DNA from: a bacterium
GTDB lineage: Bacteria > Desulfobacterota > S145-22
NCBI GenBank assembly: GCA_026986155.1
Contig: JALSPC010000193.1
Coordinates: 2,537 to 66,536, forward strand
DNA: 64,000 bases
Direction: 5' to 3'
A program made the position numbers and the translations under genes. The notes below the pieces were generated by a model. The model worked only from the letters and a program-made list of their open reading frames with translations. It was not told where the DNA came from and ran no database searches. This document shows, in pieces, positions 41,208 to 50,941 of the stretch; positions within the stretch are counted from its first letter, which is position 1, and each line of letters opens with the position of its first letter.

Positions 41208-41868
41208 CCTGACGGTTCACGTCGTCCCCTTCGTGGGATTCGTGGTCGTCAAGGTCCTGAGTTGGACAATGCGTTTCGAGGAAAGGGGGGAGGTCCAGTT
41301 CATCGCCCGGCTCGACAGAGAGAACAAGCCCTTTATCAGCGTATTCTGGCACGGCCACATGCTGATGATGGTGGTGTCTCCCTATCGGCGGCGGGCAAAG
41401 GTCATGGTAAGCCGGCACCGGGACGGAGAGCTGATCACCCGCATCATTCGTTACTTCGGTTTAGAGAGTTTCCGGGGATCCACGACGCGGGGCGGGCTGA
41501 GCGCCCTGCGGGGCGGGCTTCGCGCGCTTTCCAACGGGGACTGCGTTGTTTTGACCCCCGATGGCCCCAAAGGTCCGAGGCACACGGTTCAGATGGGGGT
41601 TATCGACCTGGCGCGGCTCACGGGAACCCCTATCATCCCCGTCGCCTTTTCGAGCACCGCGAAGAAGGTCTTTTCGAGCTGGGATCGATTCATCATCCCG
41701 TATCCCTTTTCCAAGGGCGTCTTTTTTTACGGCGCCCCCTTCTGGGTTCCGAGGAGACTGACGAAGGAGGAGAGGGAGATCAAGCGGGCGGAGCTGGAGA
41801 AAACGATGCGGCGCATGACGGAGACGGTGGAACATTACTGCGAAACGGGAGTTTGGGCGGAAGTGTGA
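41176..41868 (+). CDS. lysophospholipid-acyltransferase-like DUF374 protein (Kdo-lipid A context)
   Basis: about 230 aa, N-terminal TM, conserved HGHM and DGPKGP motifs; immediately upstream of waaA. Confidence 0.6.
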   Translation: MGTFWKRLRNSLTVHVVPFVGFVVVKVLSWTMRFEERGEVQFIARLDRENKPFISVFWHGHMLMMVVSPYRRRAKVMVSRHRDGELITRIIRYFGLESFRGSTTRGGLSALRGGLRALSNGDCVVLTPDGPKGPRHTVQMGVIDLARLTGTPIIPVAFSSTAKKVFSSWDRFIIPYPFSKGVFFYGAPFWVPRRLTKEEREIKRAELEKTMRRMTETVEHYCETGVWAEV

Positions 41869-41885
41869 CCTTATGAAAGAGCCCC

Positions 41886-43208
41886 ATGGAAAGGATGAAT
41901 CTGGTGTTTTTTCTCTATAACGTGGTGCAAGTGTTTTTCCTGATTGTCTTTTCTCCGGTATGGCTGGTCCTGTTGCTCGTCAACGAGCGCCTTCGAAAGG
42001 GGCTGGCGGAGCGCCTGGGGTTTTCGGATGTATTCCGGGAGGCCCTGCAGGCGCCTTCCATCTGGGTTCACGCCGCCTCCCTGGGGGAAGTCAAGGTATC
42101 CGCCCCCATTTGCGGAGAACTGGTTAAGAAGTTTCCGCGGCACGACCTGGCCTTCTCGGCCAGCACCCCCGTGGGCAGGAAGCAGGCAAAGGCCCTGATA
42201 AAGGGCGCGAAAAAGATTTTTTTGCTTCCCCTCGATTTCATCGGGTCGGTCTGCCGCGTGGCTGGGAAGTGCCGTCCCGAGTTTCTCCTTGTGGCGGAGA
42301 CGGAGTTATGGCCCAATCTCTTTTTCTGCATGAAAAGGCGGAAGGCGCATATCGCCCTCTTCAACGGACGGATCTCGGACAGGTCTTTTTCTCGTTACCG
42401 GGCCTTTCGTTTCTTCTTCCGGCGCGTCTTGGGGTGTGTCGAACTCTTCCTGGTTCAGACGGAACAAGACGCAGAGAGGATGAAGGCGCTGGGCGCCCCC
42501 GAGGACAGGATACACGTCACGGGCAACGTGAAATTCGACGCGGCATACAGCCCCTTGAGCGCCGCCAAGGCGCGCCGCCTCCGCCTGACCCTCCACCTCA
42601 ACGAGGGAGAGTTCGCGTGGATCGCCGGGAGCATCCACCCCGGCGAGTTTTCAGACCTCATCGACGCCTACCTGGCCCTGAAAGAGGCCTTCCCCCGGAT
42701 AAAATGGATCATCATTCCCCGCCACCTGTATGCCCTGTCCCAGTTCGAGGAGGCCCTCGCGACCCGGGGCCTGGCCTACGCCAAGTGGAACGGAAAGGAA
42801 TCCGTCGATGCGGCGTGGGATATCCTCCTGGTAAACGCCCTGGGACAGCTCGTCCGCCTGTACCAGCTGGGGGTCGTGGCCTTCGTGGGGGGAAGCCTGG
42901 CGCCCATCGGGGGGCACAACCCCCTGGAGTCTCTCCGCTACGGCGTGCCGACCATCTTCGGCCCCAATATGGAAAACTTCCGGGAGATTAGAGACATTAC
43001 CCTCAAAGAGGCCGTGGCATTTGAGGTTTCGGACGCCAAGGAACTGTCAGATCTATTGATTCGTCTCCTTGAAGATCCGAAGCGGCGGGGAGAAATTCGC
43101 GAAAGGTGTTTCAGGATGTTTGAAAACTACCAAGGCGCCACGAAACGCTCCATTCGGTATTTAGAGGGCTGGATTCAAAGGCATTCGTCCCTTTACAGAG
43201 GAGACTGA
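41886..43208 (+). CDS. waaA: 3-deoxy-D-manno-octulosonic acid transferase
   Basis: N-terminal TM then WVHAASLGE motif; GT-30 family size. Confidence 0.88.
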   Translation: MERMNLVFFLYNVVQVFFLIVFSPVWLVLLLVNERLRKGLAERLGFSDVFREALQAPSIWVHAASLGEVKVSAPICGELVKKFPRHDLAFSASTPVGRKQAKALIKGAKKIFLLPLDFIGSVCRVAGKCRPEFLLVAETELWPNLFFCMKRRKAHIALFNGRISDRSFSRYRAFRFFFRRVLGCVELFLVQTEQDAERMKALGAPEDRIHVTGNVKFDAAYSPLSAAKARRLRLTLHLNEGEFAWIAGSIHPGEFSDLIDAYLALKEAFPRIKWIIIPRHLYALSQFEEALATRGLAYAKWNGKESVDAAWDILLVNALGQLVRLYQLGVVAFVGGSLAPIGGHNPLESLRYGVPTIFGPNMENFREIRDITLKEAVAFEVSDAKELSDLLIRLLEDPKRRGEIRERCFRMFENYQGATKRSIRYLEGWIQRHSSLYRGD

Positions 43209-44086
43209 AGGGTGAGCCCCTTCACGTAGTGCACCAGTTTCCCCTTCACGTCGCCAAAGAAGATGACGTCCTTGGCGACCCCGTAGAGGGGAACAAGCCC
43301 GCCGGTTACCCAGCCTTCCAATTTCCCCTTCTTCGACTTGACGATGTCGGGGGCTATACGGAGATAGACGAGGTATTCCGCCTGGTTCGAAAAGGGGAAA
43401 TTCCCTTTTTTGCGTCTTGTTTCCCCCTTTGAGGCCACGCGCAGAAAGATGTGATTGGCTTTCTTGCCAGGTATCGTATTGATCTTATAACTTTCTCCGT
43501 GGCGCACGGGACCGTAAACGCCAAAGCGGAAGTTGTAGAATGCCGTCAAGGGATCGTCATAGATGACCCCGGGGGGAATCGATTTGACGTGGACGCTTTT
43601 GCGCTTTCCCTTGACGCGGGTGACTGTCAGTCGCCGCTTTTCATAGTCCATTTCGAAAATCTTAGTCGTGTGGCTGTGCCCGATTTTCGTGTCCCGGATG
43701 AGGCGGGTGCAGATGAACCGGTTCTTCTCCCCGTTTTCCACAAGTTCGCTGATATGCGTGTCTTCGCGGTGGCGGGTAAAAAAGGCGATGACACCTCGGG
43801 TCTTCCCGGTCAGGCTCGCGCGGTATCTTCCCGCGCGTCCCGCGGGAACGAGGCTTATCTGCGCGTCCCCCGCCACGGGGAACAGAAGAAAACCCGCCGT
43901 GAAGGTCATCACCTCGTTGGCGAAAGTCGCGCCGATGGAGGATTTTCTCTCGGGGGCAGGAATGGGTTCTTCGGCCCGGGCGCGCTTCCGACACGGAAGG
44001 ATCGCGGCGGTGGCAAGAGCCGCCAGCCCCCTGAGTGTCAAGGACAGCCAGGCTCGACGGGTCATAAGCGGCTTACGCGGGCTCAT
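43193..44086 (-). CDS. DUF3108-like secreted protein (Tat-type signal)
   Basis: N-terminal RRAWLSLTLRGLAALATAA twin-arginine-like signal; beta-rich about 270 aa. Confidence 0.45.
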   Translation of the reverse strand: MSPRKPLMTRRAWLSLTLRGLAALATAAILPCRKRARAEEPIPAPERKSSIGATFANEVMTFTAGFLLFPVAGDAQISLVPAGRAGRYRASLTGKTRGVIAFFTRHREDTHISELVENGEKNRFICTRLIRDTKIGHSHTTKIFEMDYEKRRLTVTRVKGKRKSVHVKSIPPGVIYDDPLTAFYNFRFGVYGPVRHGESYKINTIPGKKANHIFLRVASKGETRRKKGNFPFSNQAEYLVYLRIAPDIVKSKKGKLEGWVTGGLVPLYGVAKDVIFFGDVKGKLVHYVKGLTLQSPL

Positions 44087-44864
44087 GCAGGAGAATTTGG
44101 AGCGCCTCGTGAATCAGGCCGTTCGTGCAGAGAATGGTGTCGGCGAAAAGGTCGAAAGGAGCCCCCTCGAGGGTGGTCACCGTTCCTCCCGCCTCCCGCG
44201 CGATGAGGACGCCCGCGGCCACGTCCCAGGGTTTCAGTTTCAGCTCCCAGAACCCGTCGAAGGCGCCTTCCGCCACCCGGCAGAGATCGAGGGCGGCGCT
44301 TCCGTCCCTGCGAATCCCCTGGGCGCGGCGGATGACCGTTGAAAATTCCCGGATGTTATTCCTGCGGGAGGTCCCCACGTCGTAGGGAAACCCCGTGCAG
44401 AGCAGGGCGTGTTCGACGCGCGCCGTGTTCGACACCTTCAAGGGACGGCCGTTCTTGAAGGCGCCCTTTCCCTTGACGGCCGTGTAGCAATCCCCCGTGA
44501 CCGAGTTATAAACTACCCCGAGAGTCAGGTCCCTGCCTTCCTGAAGGGCGATGGAAACGCTGAAACAGGGGTAGCCGTGGGCATAGTTCGTCGTTCCGTC
44601 GAGGGGGTCCACGATCCAGAGCAAGGGGGCGTTGGTGGCGTTAAACGGAGTTTCTTCCGAGAGGATATCCACGTCGTCAGGCGTGGCCTCGCGGAGGATA
44701 TCCAGGATAATTGTTTCACTCTCCCTGTCCACGTCGGTGACAAGGTCGATGGCCCCCTTGAAAAAGACCTCCGTGGGACGGAGAAACCGCTCCTTCTGGT
44801 ACTCGCCCGCTTTTCTTGCGGCCGTCAAGGCCGTATTTAACAATGACTCGATATCTCTTTCCAA
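44073..44864 (-). CDS. suhB: inositol monophosphatase family protein (SuhB-like)
   Basis: DPLDGT and WIVDPLDGTTN motifs. Confidence 0.85.
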   Translation of the reverse strand: MERDIESLLNTALTAARKAGEYQKERFLRPTEVFFKGAIDLVTDVDRESETIILDILREATPDDVDILSEETPFNATNAPLLWIVDPLDGTTNYAHGYPCFSVSIALQEGRDLTLGVVYNSVTGDCYTAVKGKGAFKNGRPLKVSNTARVEHALLCTGFPYDVGTSRRNNIREFSTVIRRAQGIRRDGSAALDLCRVAEGAFDGFWELKLKPWDVAAGVLIAREAGGTVTTLEGAPFDLFADTILCTNGLIHEALQILLHEPA

Positions 44865-45025
44865 CTTTTAAACCTGTCTATTTTTCTTAAACAATATAAC
44901 AAAAATCCGCAAAAATGGGAACTACAAGATCGACAGGCTGAAGTCGGAATTCATACGAATTGACAGTCCCATAAAGATATGGTAGGAAAATCACGTTTAA
45001 ATCCCACCGGATAAAGGAGGCGGCA

Positions 45026-45496
45026 ATGTTTACCAACGAGCTGGTCCAACTCATCGAGGGAAACGCCGACGAGCTCACCAAGAGATGGCTCGATTCCGTA
45101 AAAAAGAATCCGTTCACCCCCACCTACCGGGAATTCTCGGAGCAGATACTCTACAAGCGCGCCCTCAACTTCTACGCCCAGCTCGGCCATTGGATAAGCC
45201 ACGAGGCCACCAAGGAAGACATCAAGCGGGACTACACGGAACTGGGGAAAAAACGCTTCCAGGAAGGGTTCGCCCTGCACGAAGTCATCTACTCCCTGCT
45301 GCTCCTAAAAAAGGAGATCTGGGACAAGATCCTCAGCGAGAAATCCTTCAAGGACGCCCTGGACCTGTCCATGGTCTTCGACTTGAGCCAGCGGCTCACG
45401 CAGTTCTTTGACCGTGCCCTCTACTTCACGGTTTTTGGATACGAGGAAGAATCGAGAAAGGATGAAATCCAGGCCTGCACCTACACGAGATATTAA
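45026..45496 (+). CDS. hypothetical protein, alpha-helical
   Basis: 156 aa ORF with coding-like composition; no motif recognised. Confidence 0.4.
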   Translation: MFTNELVQLIEGNADELTKRWLDSVKKNPFTPTYREFSEQILYKRALNFYAQLGHWISHEATKEDIKRDYTELGKKRFQEGFALHEVIYSLLLLKKEIWDKILSEKSFKDALDLSMVFDLSQRLTQFFDRALYFTVFGYEEESRKDEIQACTYTRY

Positions 45497-45578
45497 TTTA
45501 GGCACGTAAAGGTCAATCTGCTTTTTCGTTCAGGCAGATTTATTAAAATTTCTCAACAACTTACAGGAGGTTTGAGCT

Positions 45579-46415
45579 TTGTACAAGATCGTTGACAAAA
45601 AGGTTATGGCGGAAGGGACTGTCTGCCAACTGGAAGTGGAAGCGGCCCGGGTCGCCAGGAAGGCCAAGCCAGGCCAGTTCATCGTCCTAAGGATCGATGA
45701 AAAGGGTGAGAGGATTCCCCTCACCATGGCGAAACAGGACTTGGAAAAGGGCACCCTCACCATCATCTTCCAGGTAGTTGGAAAAACCACCGCGCATCTG
45801 GCCACCCTGGAGCCGGGCGACGCCCTCATCGACGTCATTGGCCCTCTGGGCATGCCAACGCACATCAAGAAATACGACGGCCCCGTCATCTGCGTGGGGG
45901 GCGGAACCGGGGTTGCCGTTCTCTATCCCATCACGCGGGGGTACAAGGAGGCAGGCAACGAGGTTATCGGCATCATCGGCGCCCGGACGAAGGATCTTCT
46001 CATCCTCGAGGAGGAGATGAAAGGCGTGACGGATGACCTGCGAATCACCACCGACGACGGCAGCTACGGCCATCACGGATTCGTCACGGACGTCCTCAAG
46101 CAGATACTCGAAGAAAGAGACGACGTCAAGATGGTTGTCGGCATCGGACCCGTTCCCATGATGCGTTTCGTCTGCAAGACCACCGAACCCTTCAACGTTC
46201 CCACGACGGTCAGCCTGAACCCCATCATGGTGGACGCCACGGGCATGTGCGGCGCCTGCCGCGTGACCGTGGGCGGAAAGACCCGGTTCGTCTGCGTGGA
46301 CGGCCCCGAGTTCGACGGCCACCAGGTGGACTTCGACGAGCTGACACAGCGGCTCCGGATGTACGTGGAAGAGGAAAAGAAATCCTACGAACTTTTTAAG
46401 CAGAAGAACGCGTAG
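45579..46415 (+). CDS. nfnA: ferredoxin-NADP+ reductase-like small subunit (NfnA/SudB/GltD-associated, FAD/NAD and [2Fe-2S] binding)
   Basis: MYKIVDKKV N-terminus, PLTM, GGGTGVA and C-terminal CGACRV cluster motifs. Confidence 0.8.
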   Translation: MYKIVDKKVMAEGTVCQLEVEAARVARKAKPGQFIVLRIDEKGERIPLTMAKQDLEKGTLTIIFQVVGKTTAHLATLEPGDALIDVIGPLGMPTHIKKYDGPVICVGGGTGVAVLYPITRGYKEAGNEVIGIIGARTKDLLILEEEMKGVTDDLRITTDDGSYGHHGFVTDVLKQILEERDDVKMVVGIGPVPMMRFVCKTTEPFNVPTTVSLNPIMVDATGMCGACRVTVGGKTRFVCVDGPEFDGHQVDFDELTQRLRMYVEEEKKSYELFKQKNA

Positions 46416-46438
46416 AGCGAAAAGGAGGCAGGACGAAA

Positions 46439-47839
46439 ATGGCTGAAAAAGGAAAGAAAATCCCTCGTCAGGCGATGCCGGAACAGGACCCCAAGGTCCG
46501 CGCGCATAACTTCGACGAGGTTCCCTACGGATACGACGAAAAACTCGCCCAACTGGAGGCCCAGCGCTGTCTCCAGTGCAAGAAGCCCAAGTGCGTGGAG
46601 GGGTGCCCCGTCGAAGTGGAGATCCCCCAGTTCATCAAGTTCATCGTGGAGGGCGATTTCGCCGCCGCCGCGAGGCAGCTCAAGAACAAGAACAGCCTTC
46701 CCGCCGTCTGCGGCCGGGTCTGTCCCCAGGAAAGCCAGTGTGAAAACACCTGTATCCTCGGGAAAAAGGCGGAACCGGTGGCCATCGGCCGCCTGGAGCG
46801 GTTTGCCGCGGACTACGAGCGAAACAACAACTTGGTCACCATCCCGGAGATCGCCTCGTCCACGGGCAAGCGCGTGGCCGTGGTAGGGTCCGGACCCGCC
46901 AGCCTGACCCTGGCCGGCGACCTCATCAAGAAGGGGCACGAGGTCATCATCTACGAAGCCCTGCACACCCCCGGCGGCGTGCTGGTCTACGGCATCCCTG
47001 AATTCCGTCTTCCCAAGGCCATCGTGGCCGCGGAAGTGGACTACCTTCAGAAGATGGGCGTCAAGATAGAGACGGACGTGGTCGTCGGGAAGACCACGAC
47101 CATCGACGAGCTCCTGGAAGACCACGACGCCGTGTTCCTGGGCGTCGGCGCCGGGCTGCCCCTCTTCCTCAACCTCCCGGGCGAAAACCTCTGCGGCATC
47201 TATTCCGCCAACGAGTATCTCACCCGCTCCAACCTCATGAAGGCCTACAAGTTTCCCGAATACGACACGCCCATCGCCCTGGGCAAGAACGTGGCCGTCA
47301 TCGGGGCCGGGAACGTGGCCATGGACTCCGCCCGGACCGCCCTGCGCCTCGGCGCGGACACCGTGAAGATCGTCTACCGCCGTTCCCGCGCGGAGATGCC
47401 GGCGAGGGCCGAGGAAGTCCATCACGCGGAGGAGGAAGGCGTTCAGTTCGAACTGTTGACCAACCCCGTCAAGTTTATCGGGAACGAGGACGGCTGGGTC
47501 ACGGGGATGGAATGCATCCGCATGGAGCTGGGCGAACCGGACGACTCGGGACGCCGCCGCCCCATTCCCATCGAGGGATCCAACTTCACCCTTGAATGTG
47601 ACACGGTCATCGTGGCGCTCGGCACGCGGGCCAATCCCCTCATCCCCAGCACCACGCCCGACCTCAAGCTCAACAAGCGGGGCTACATCGAGGCCGACCC
47701 CGAAACGGGCGCGACCTCCAAGAAGGGGGTCTATGCCGGCGGAGACATCGTCACCGGTTCCGCCACCGTCATCCTGGCGATGGGCGCGGGACGCAAGGCC
47801 GCCAACGCCATCCACGAATACCTCATGGGAAGCGCGTAA
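46439..47839 (+). CDS. nfnB: NADPH-dependent glutamate synthase beta-chain-like oxidoreductase (NfnB/SudA)
   Basis: two Cys clusters CLQCKKPKC / CPQESQCENTC then two Rossmann folds (VAVVGSGPASL; VIGAGNVAMD). Confidence 0.85.
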   Translation: MAEKGKKIPRQAMPEQDPKVRAHNFDEVPYGYDEKLAQLEAQRCLQCKKPKCVEGCPVEVEIPQFIKFIVEGDFAAAARQLKNKNSLPAVCGRVCPQESQCENTCILGKKAEPVAIGRLERFAADYERNNNLVTIPEIASSTGKRVAVVGSGPASLTLAGDLIKKGHEVIIYEALHTPGGVLVYGIPEFRLPKAIVAAEVDYLQKMGVKIETDVVVGKTTTIDELLEDHDAVFLGVGAGLPLFLNLPGENLCGIYSANEYLTRSNLMKAYKFPEYDTPIALGKNVAVIGAGNVAMDSARTALRLGADTVKIVYRRSRAEMPARAEEVHHAEEEGVQFELLTNPVKFIGNEDGWVTGMECIRMELGEPDDSGRRRPIPIEGSNFTLECDTVIVALGTRANPLIPSTTPDLKLNKRGYIEADPETGATSKKGVYAGGDIVTGSATVILAMGAGRKAANAIHEYLMGSA

Positions 47840-47851
47840 GGCGCGCCGACC

Positions 47852-47886
47852 GGAGACCGAAAGGGAGGAGGGACGGGTTTCCTCCT
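47852..47886 (+). terminator. rho-independent terminator after nfnB
   Basis: GGGAGGAGGGACGGGTTTCCTCCTCCC followed by TTTTC. Confidence 0.6.
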
Positions 47887-47895
47887 CCCTTTTCA

Positions 47896-48576
47896 TTGGA
47901 AAGAGACATGACGAAACGCATCGACACCCTCTGGGATCCCACCAAGTTCTATACTATCACGCGCCTCTATCTCGTGCGGCACGGGGAGACGGAAAACACC
48001 CAGGGAGACGCCTTTCGATACAATGGGCACCTGGACGTAGATGTTTCAGAGAAAGGAAAAGCGCAGTTGGAACGCGTCGCTGCTTGTCTCAAGGACCGTC
48101 CCCTCAAGGGAATCTATTCCAGCGACCTGCTGCGCGCGCGAAAGGGCGCGGATTTAATCGCCAGCCACTTTCCCGGCATCCAGAGGAAGGAATTTCCCGA
48201 CCTTCGGGAGGTCAAACAGGGAATCTGGGAAGGCTTGACCCTGAAAGAGGTCTGGGAAAGATATCCGGAGGAGGCACGGAAGAAGTTTGAAGACTACGTC
48301 TTTTACCGCATCCCCGGAGGAGAAAACCTCGTGGAGGCCCAGGAGAGGGCCGTGGCCGTCATCACCCGGCTGGCGGAGCGCCATGCCGGGGAGGAATTCG
48401 CCGTGGTGGCACACGGCGGCATCAACAGCCTTGTCATCTGCTGGGTGCTGGGACTGGACCTGAAAAACGTCTTTCGCTTCCGGCAGGACTTCGCCGCCCT
48501 GAACGTCATCGAGTTCTTCGAGGACGGCAGATCCCTGAGAATCCTCAACCATCCCTGCGGGGCATTCCCCTTCTGA
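47896..48576 (+). CDS. histidine phosphatase family protein (phosphoglycerate-mutase-like)
   Basis: LVRHGET catalytic motif with downstream His in AHGG. Confidence 0.8.
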   Translation: MERDMTKRIDTLWDPTKFYTITRLYLVRHGETENTQGDAFRYNGHLDVDVSEKGKAQLERVAACLKDRPLKGIYSSDLLRARKGADLIASHFPGIQRKEFPDLREVKQGIWEGLTLKEVWERYPEEARKKFEDYVFYRIPGGENLVEAQERAVAVITRLAERHAGEEFAVVAHGGINSLVICWVLGLDLKNVFRFRQDFAALNVIEFFEDGRSLRILNHPCGAFPF

Positions 48577-48622
48577 CCCTAAACGGCGTCCAGCGGAACG
48601 ATGTCAATTCCCTCCCGGGCCG

Positions 48623-49777
48623 CTACCCCTTTCGTTTCTCCAGCCATTTCCGCACCTGGTCCACGGCGATGACGGAAAGGCGGGTCTCCACCTGCCCCCT
48701 GGGCCCGCCCAGGTGGAACTTCACCTCCTTCGCCTCGCCGTCCCGGCGGATGACGATGGAAAACGCCCGCAGGCCGCCTTTCTCTTCCCCCGGCAGCGGC
48801 CGGACCTGGAGACGAAGGGCGCCCGCGCCGTTCCCGTCACAGGAGCCGTCGCCGAAGGCCAGGCAGCCGCGGGAACGATACGCCCCGCCGTGGGCCTTCA
48901 TGAGCCGCCCAGCCACCTCGCCCGCCGTGGCCGTGTCATCGATGAAAAGCTCCCGGACCCGGCCGGACAATCCCGACAGGACCACGCCCTCCAGGGTCTC
49001 GTCGTCCGTTCCGAAGATGAGTGACCCCAGCCGGCGGCGGATCTCCCCTTCCACCCCGCCGATCATCTCCGCCACCTGGTCTTCGCTGTCTCCCTCCGCC
49101 GTGATGAGGATTCGGATCATGCCCGGCGATGCCAGGACCCCCACGAAGGGGTTTCCCTCCGTCTTCATCAGGTCGCCGATCTGCTGGTCCACCCCGCTTT
49201 CCCCCAGGCCGCAGACCTTGAGGACGCGGGTTCGTTTCACGCGGCCGGCCAGGCCAAACGCCTCCCGCAGGAGGGGAAGGACCTCCCTTTCCATGAGATA
49301 CTTCAACTCCCTCGGAACGCCGGGGAGGCAAACGATTCCCTTTCCCCCGGCCGTCCGGAAGAAAAAGGCGGGGGCCGTTCCCACCGGGTTCGAGATGGCC
49401 CGCGCCCCCTCGGGCAGGTAGGCCTGGCGGCGGTTGTTCTCCGTCATCCGGAATCCCCGCGCGGCGAAGATCGCCTCGATTTCCTTCAGGAGATCCTCCC
49501 GGAAAACGAGGGGGACCCCCACGGCGTCCGCCACCTCCTGCCGGGTCAGGTCGTCCTTCGTGGGCCCCAGCCCGCCCGTGGTGACGATGAGATCCACGTC
49601 CCGCAGGAGGGCCTCAACCCAGTGCCTGATCTCCCCGTGGTGATCTCCGACCGACACGCGGAGGGCAACATCAAACCCGGTGGAAGAGAGGCGTTCGCCC
49701 AGGTAGGCGCCGTTGGTATCGACGACCTTCCCCAGGAGCAATTCCGTCCCGATGGTCAGGATCGCGGCCTTCGGCAT
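48623..49777 (-). CDS. cinA: competence/damage-inducible protein CinA (MocF-like N-domain + nicotinamide-nucleotide amidohydrolase C-domain)
   Basis: AAILTIGTELLLGKVVDTNG N-terminus, 384 aa two-domain layout. Confidence 0.85.
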   Translation of the reverse strand: MPKAAILTIGTELLLGKVVDTNGAYLGERLSSTGFDVALRVSVGDHHGEIRHWVEALLRDVDLIVTTGGLGPTKDDLTRQEVADAVGVPLVFREDLLKEIEAIFAARGFRMTENNRRQAYLPEGARAISNPVGTAPAFFFRTAGGKGIVCLPGVPRELKYLMEREVLPLLREAFGLAGRVKRTRVLKVCGLGESGVDQQIGDLMKTEGNPFVGVLASPGMIRILITAEGDSEDQVAEMIGGVEGEIRRRLGSLIFGTDDETLEGVVLSGLSGRVRELFIDDTATAGEVAGRLMKAHGGAYRSRGCLAFGDGSCDGNGAGALRLQVRPLPGEEKGGLRAFSIVIRRDGEAKEVKFHLGGPRGQVETRLSVIAVDQVRKWLEKRKG

Positions 49778-49782
49778 GCGTC

Positions 49783-50733
49783 TTAAAACTGGTAGGTGGT
49801 GCCGGAGGCGTTGAGGGCGAAGGCCTCGGGCATGGCCGCCTCGAAGGCCTTGATGGCCGTCCAGCCCGTGCAGTGCATGGGCACCAGGCGTTTCGGCGCG
49901 ATCTCCTTCATGGCCGCGATGGTGTCGGGGATGATGGGTTCAAAGACGGGTCCGCTCAGGTGGAATCCCCCGATGACCCCCAGGACCTTGTCGATCCCCG
50001 TCAGTTTTTTCGCGTATTTTACGGTGTTGATGATTCCCGCGTGGGCGCACCCGGAGATGACCACGATGCCTTCATCCCGGACGTTGATGGCGCACCCCTG
50101 GTCGTCGAATATGTCATCGTGTACCAGCTCGTCACCCCGTTTCACGTAGGCGTTTGGCATCCCCTTTTCGAAGGGGGTCACCCGTTCTACCGTTCCCGTC
50201 ACGTGAAGATGGCCGTCCATCTGGAGACTCGGCTCCGCTGTCTCCTCGAAACGCCCACCTGCGGCCTCCACCGCCTTTCGATCCATGACGGGAAAAAGGA
50301 GATCCGTCCCGTCCGGGAGCTTGAAGAAGCGGGGCGAGGCGAAGGCGTCCGGGTGGATCACGATGGGCACGGGTTTCTTCGCGATCTGCCCCACCGCCCA
50401 GACCAGGCCCCCGTAATGATCCATGTGGCCGTGGCTCATCACCACCAGTTCCACGTCGGCGAGGTCCAGGCCGAGAAAGTCCAGGTTGTGGGGGAGAACC
50501 TTGTCGGTATATCCCGCGTCCATAAGGACCTCGTGCGTTTTCCCTCCGTAGGTCAGGCGAAGCAGGATGGAAAGGCCATGCTCCGCGAGGATCGTGTCCT
50601 CCGGGATCATATTTCCCTTTGCCAGGGGCGGGCGGAGAACCCCTTCCTTCGGGGGTAAGAGAAGGTCGATGTAGTTGTCCACCAGGACCAGGACCTCGCA
50701 CTTGTCAACCGGCTGAAGCGTCATCGTTCCCAT
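49783..50733 (-). CDS. MBL-fold metallo-hydrolase
   Basis: HGHMDH metal-binding motif; start refined to ATG 50733. Confidence 0.7.
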   Translation of the reverse strand: MGTMTLQPVDKCEVLVLVDNYIDLLLPPKEGVLRPPLAKGNMIPEDTILAEHGLSILLRLTYGGKTHEVLMDAGYTDKVLPHNLDFLGLDLADVELVVMSHGHMDHYGGLVWAVGQIAKKPVPIVIHPDAFASPRFFKLPDGTDLLFPVMDRKAVEAAGGRFEETAEPSLQMDGHLHVTGTVERVTPFEKGMPNAYVKRGDELVHDDIFDDQGCAINVRDEGIVVISGCAHAGIINTVKYAKKLTGIDKVLGVIGGFHLSGPVFEPIIPDTIAAMKEIAPKRLVPMHCTGWTAIKAFEAAMPEAFALNASGTTYQF

Positions 50734-50941
50734 AATAAACCCCTCCTTTTTTTTAGAAATTACCACGAAGGTCAGGCTGTTGCAATAAAATCGAAAGATG
50801 GTCAAGGGGGACATAACAGGCCCCGGACAACCTGCTACTTGAATTACTATACTGTTTAGATTACCCTCTTGCCCATCCCATTTTTCCGTCCTCTTTATAA
50901 ACCTATATCAGACTAAATCAGGACGGGTCAGTCAGTCGTTC

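Noticed and set aside
45497-45578. AATCTGC...GCAGATT inverted repeat upstream of nfnA as a possible terminator/riboswitch
   Set aside because: AT-rich 7-bp stem with 12-nt loop and no T-run; too weak to call; could be an operator but unsupported.
46385-47896. 503-aa minus-strand ORF antisense to nfnB
   Set aside because: Shadow ORF; nfnB on the plus strand has both Rossmann motifs and Cys clusters.
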